NCBI GenBank assembly: GCA_963823235.1
Contig: CAWGKS010000017.1
Location: forward strand, 5,050 to 69,049
Direction of reading: 5' to 3'
From: an uncultured Gammaproteobacteria bacterium
GTDB lineage: Bacteria > Pseudomonadota > Gammaproteobacteria > Steroidobacterales > Steroidobacteraceae
Length of the DNA: 64,000 bases
Shown here: positions 62,990 to 64,000 of the stretch, one piece after another
How the letters are laid out: each line of letters begins with the position of its first letter
Position numbering within the stretch: the first letter of the stretch is position 1
Notes under the pieces: model-generated
Told to the model about the DNA's origin: nothing
Databases searched by the model: none
What the model saw: only the letters and a program-made list of their open reading frames with translations
Translations under genes and position numbers: made by a program

Positions 62990-64000
62990 CGTTGTAATCC
63001 ACACCCATTTCTCGAACTTGGTCTCCGAGACACGCTTTCCCTTTCTATGCCATTCTGTTTTTCGCTCTTCCGAGCGCACCACCCGCATCGGTTGCGGATG
63101 CTCCTCGGTGAAGGGCAGATCCTCGGCTTGCCAGAGTTGTGCTTCGACAACGTTGTTGCCATGCTTTTCGGTGAGTTGTTCGTCGGGTGCGCGGCCTTGA
63201 AACAAGCCCTGGGCATCCTGATACAACGTGCGGCTCTCCTGTTTCAGGGTGATGACCAAATCCCAATCGATTTCTTTGGCTAGCTGGAGAACCGGTGCCT
63301 GCGCGTAAAGCGAATCCAGCAACAGGATGTCGAAGAAGCGGCTGCCATAGAGCTCGGGCAGTCTGCGCAGCAAGCGCAGCGCCGCGGTGTCCTCCCCCTC
63401 GTTCGGGCGAACCCACTCGAGTGCCAGGATGGGCTTGACCGGGCTGCTGACCACCTGGCAGCCCACCAGGCGATGGTAATACTGGATCTGCTCGACGGGC
63501 TGCCCCTGTTGGTCCTGGGAAACGACCCGTCGTTGCAGACAGAACTCACAACAGCGACTGAAACTGCTGAGCACCTCGATACCGTCGAGGGCCGCCACCA
63601 CGCGCCCCTGCACGCGGCCCGGGTCCAGGGCTTTATTCCGTTTCAGTCGGCGATTGATGTTCACCAACATCTGCTCCAGAGGAGCTAGCGCGAAGCTCGC
63701 CAGACTGTAACGCAGGACGTCATCGCCGAAAGCCCGAGGAGCCTCGGTGCAGTGTTGCAGGTGGGGTTGCGCCAGATCTGCCTGCAGTTGCAGGAAACTG
63801 CTGAGGCGAAAGACGAAGCCATGGAACAAAGCCAGAAACACCGTTTGGGGAGAGATGTCCGGGTCTTGTCGGCCATCGCAGAGGCTGGTGACCGTCTTCC
63901 GGAAATGGAAGACTTTGCGGAGATAGCCGGAGAACGAAGGCAGTTCGTGGTTTTGCGTTGTGTGCATTCTTATAAATGCAAGATAAATCAGACACCAACG
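62600..64000 (-). mobile_element. insertion sequence (partial; runs off the window end) inserted in the 3' end of sucB
   Basis: sucB homology breaks at ~62599/62600. The 445-aa transposase ORF occupies 62630..63967. The second IS end is not in the window, so terminal repeats and the target duplication cannot be seen. Confidence 0.75.
62630..63967 (-). CDS. DDE transposase (IS4/IS5/IS701-like DDE_Tnp_1 superfamily; family not resolved)
   Basis: 445 aa. Candidate catalytic contexts ...VAALDGIEV..., ...[10 protein letters not shown]..., ...[18 protein letters not shown]... (an RWxxEN...K signature). Confidence 0.7.
   Translation of the reverse strand: MHTTQNHELPSFSGYLRKVFHFRKTVTSLCDGRQDPDISPQTVFLALFHGFVFRLSSFLQLQADLAQPHLQHCTEAPRAFGDDVLRYSLASFALAPLEQMLVNINRRLKRNKALDPGRVQGRVVAALDGIEVLSSFSRCCEFCLQRRVVSQDQQGQPVEQIQYYHRLVGCQVVSSPVKPILALEWVRPNEGEDTAALRLLRRLPELYGSRFFDILLLDSLYAQAPVLQLAKEIDWDLVITLKQESRTLYQDAQGLFQGRAPDEQLTEKHGNNVVEAQLWQAEDLPFTEEHPQPMRVVRSEERKTEWHRKGKRVSETKFEKWVWITTLDAKTFSIRLVRQLGHDRWRLENNAWCDLTKHWALKHGFLHACKHRPQRRDAEGHLQPLPNHGLQAVTLILCIAFALCSAFARLHSKLFRRYRLSMLEVSRQLYRSLWKLQPPIRAPDG

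Overview
The window has two very different parts. (A) 1 to ~6.16 kb is lower-GC DNA with low coding density and a eukaryote-like look. It has T/G-rich and (CAATA)n simple repeats, a SET-domain-like fragment, and a frame-broken RT-RNase H retroelement pol of LTR/DIRS type. No bacterial gene can be called there with confidence. (B) ~6.17 to 64 kb is high-GC, densely coding, operon-organised DNA of proteobacterial type, and it begins in the middle of a histidine-kinase gene. Its contents, in order:
- di-haem cytochrome c peroxidase, two tandem bactofilins, a CBS protein and a LuxR-type regulator
- a cytochrome-c-fused PQQ dehydrogenase, a GST-like protein and a PQQ sugar dehydrogenase
- an MMPL transporter convergent with a GNAT / Ntn-acylase / PPTase / single-module FAAL-PKS operon; the PKS reading frame is broken about 7 times
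- a heavily frameshifted TonB-dependent receptor
- TauE, an FAD oxidoreductase, and an ABC (NitT/TauT-type) operon carrying an embedded SCO1 plus cupredoxin-like pair, with several frameshifts
- a six-gene hydrogenase-4-like operon whose 'large subunit' lacks the NiFe cysteine ligands (Ehr-type complex)
- an ArsR-controlled MFP-RND-DUF2892-OMF-SQR-OsmC operon
- an isolated fliM-fliN pair, a beta-carbonic anhydrase and osmC
- sucA, then sucB interrupted near its 3' end by an IS (DDE transposase) that runs off the window.
No rRNA, tRNA or CRISPR array was seen. The most interesting items are the Ehr-type complex, the abrupt eukaryote-like/bacterial junction, the FAAL-PKS/MMPL lipid locus, and the strongly clustered indel-only frameshifts. 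All family assignments come from reading motifs by eye; no searches were run.
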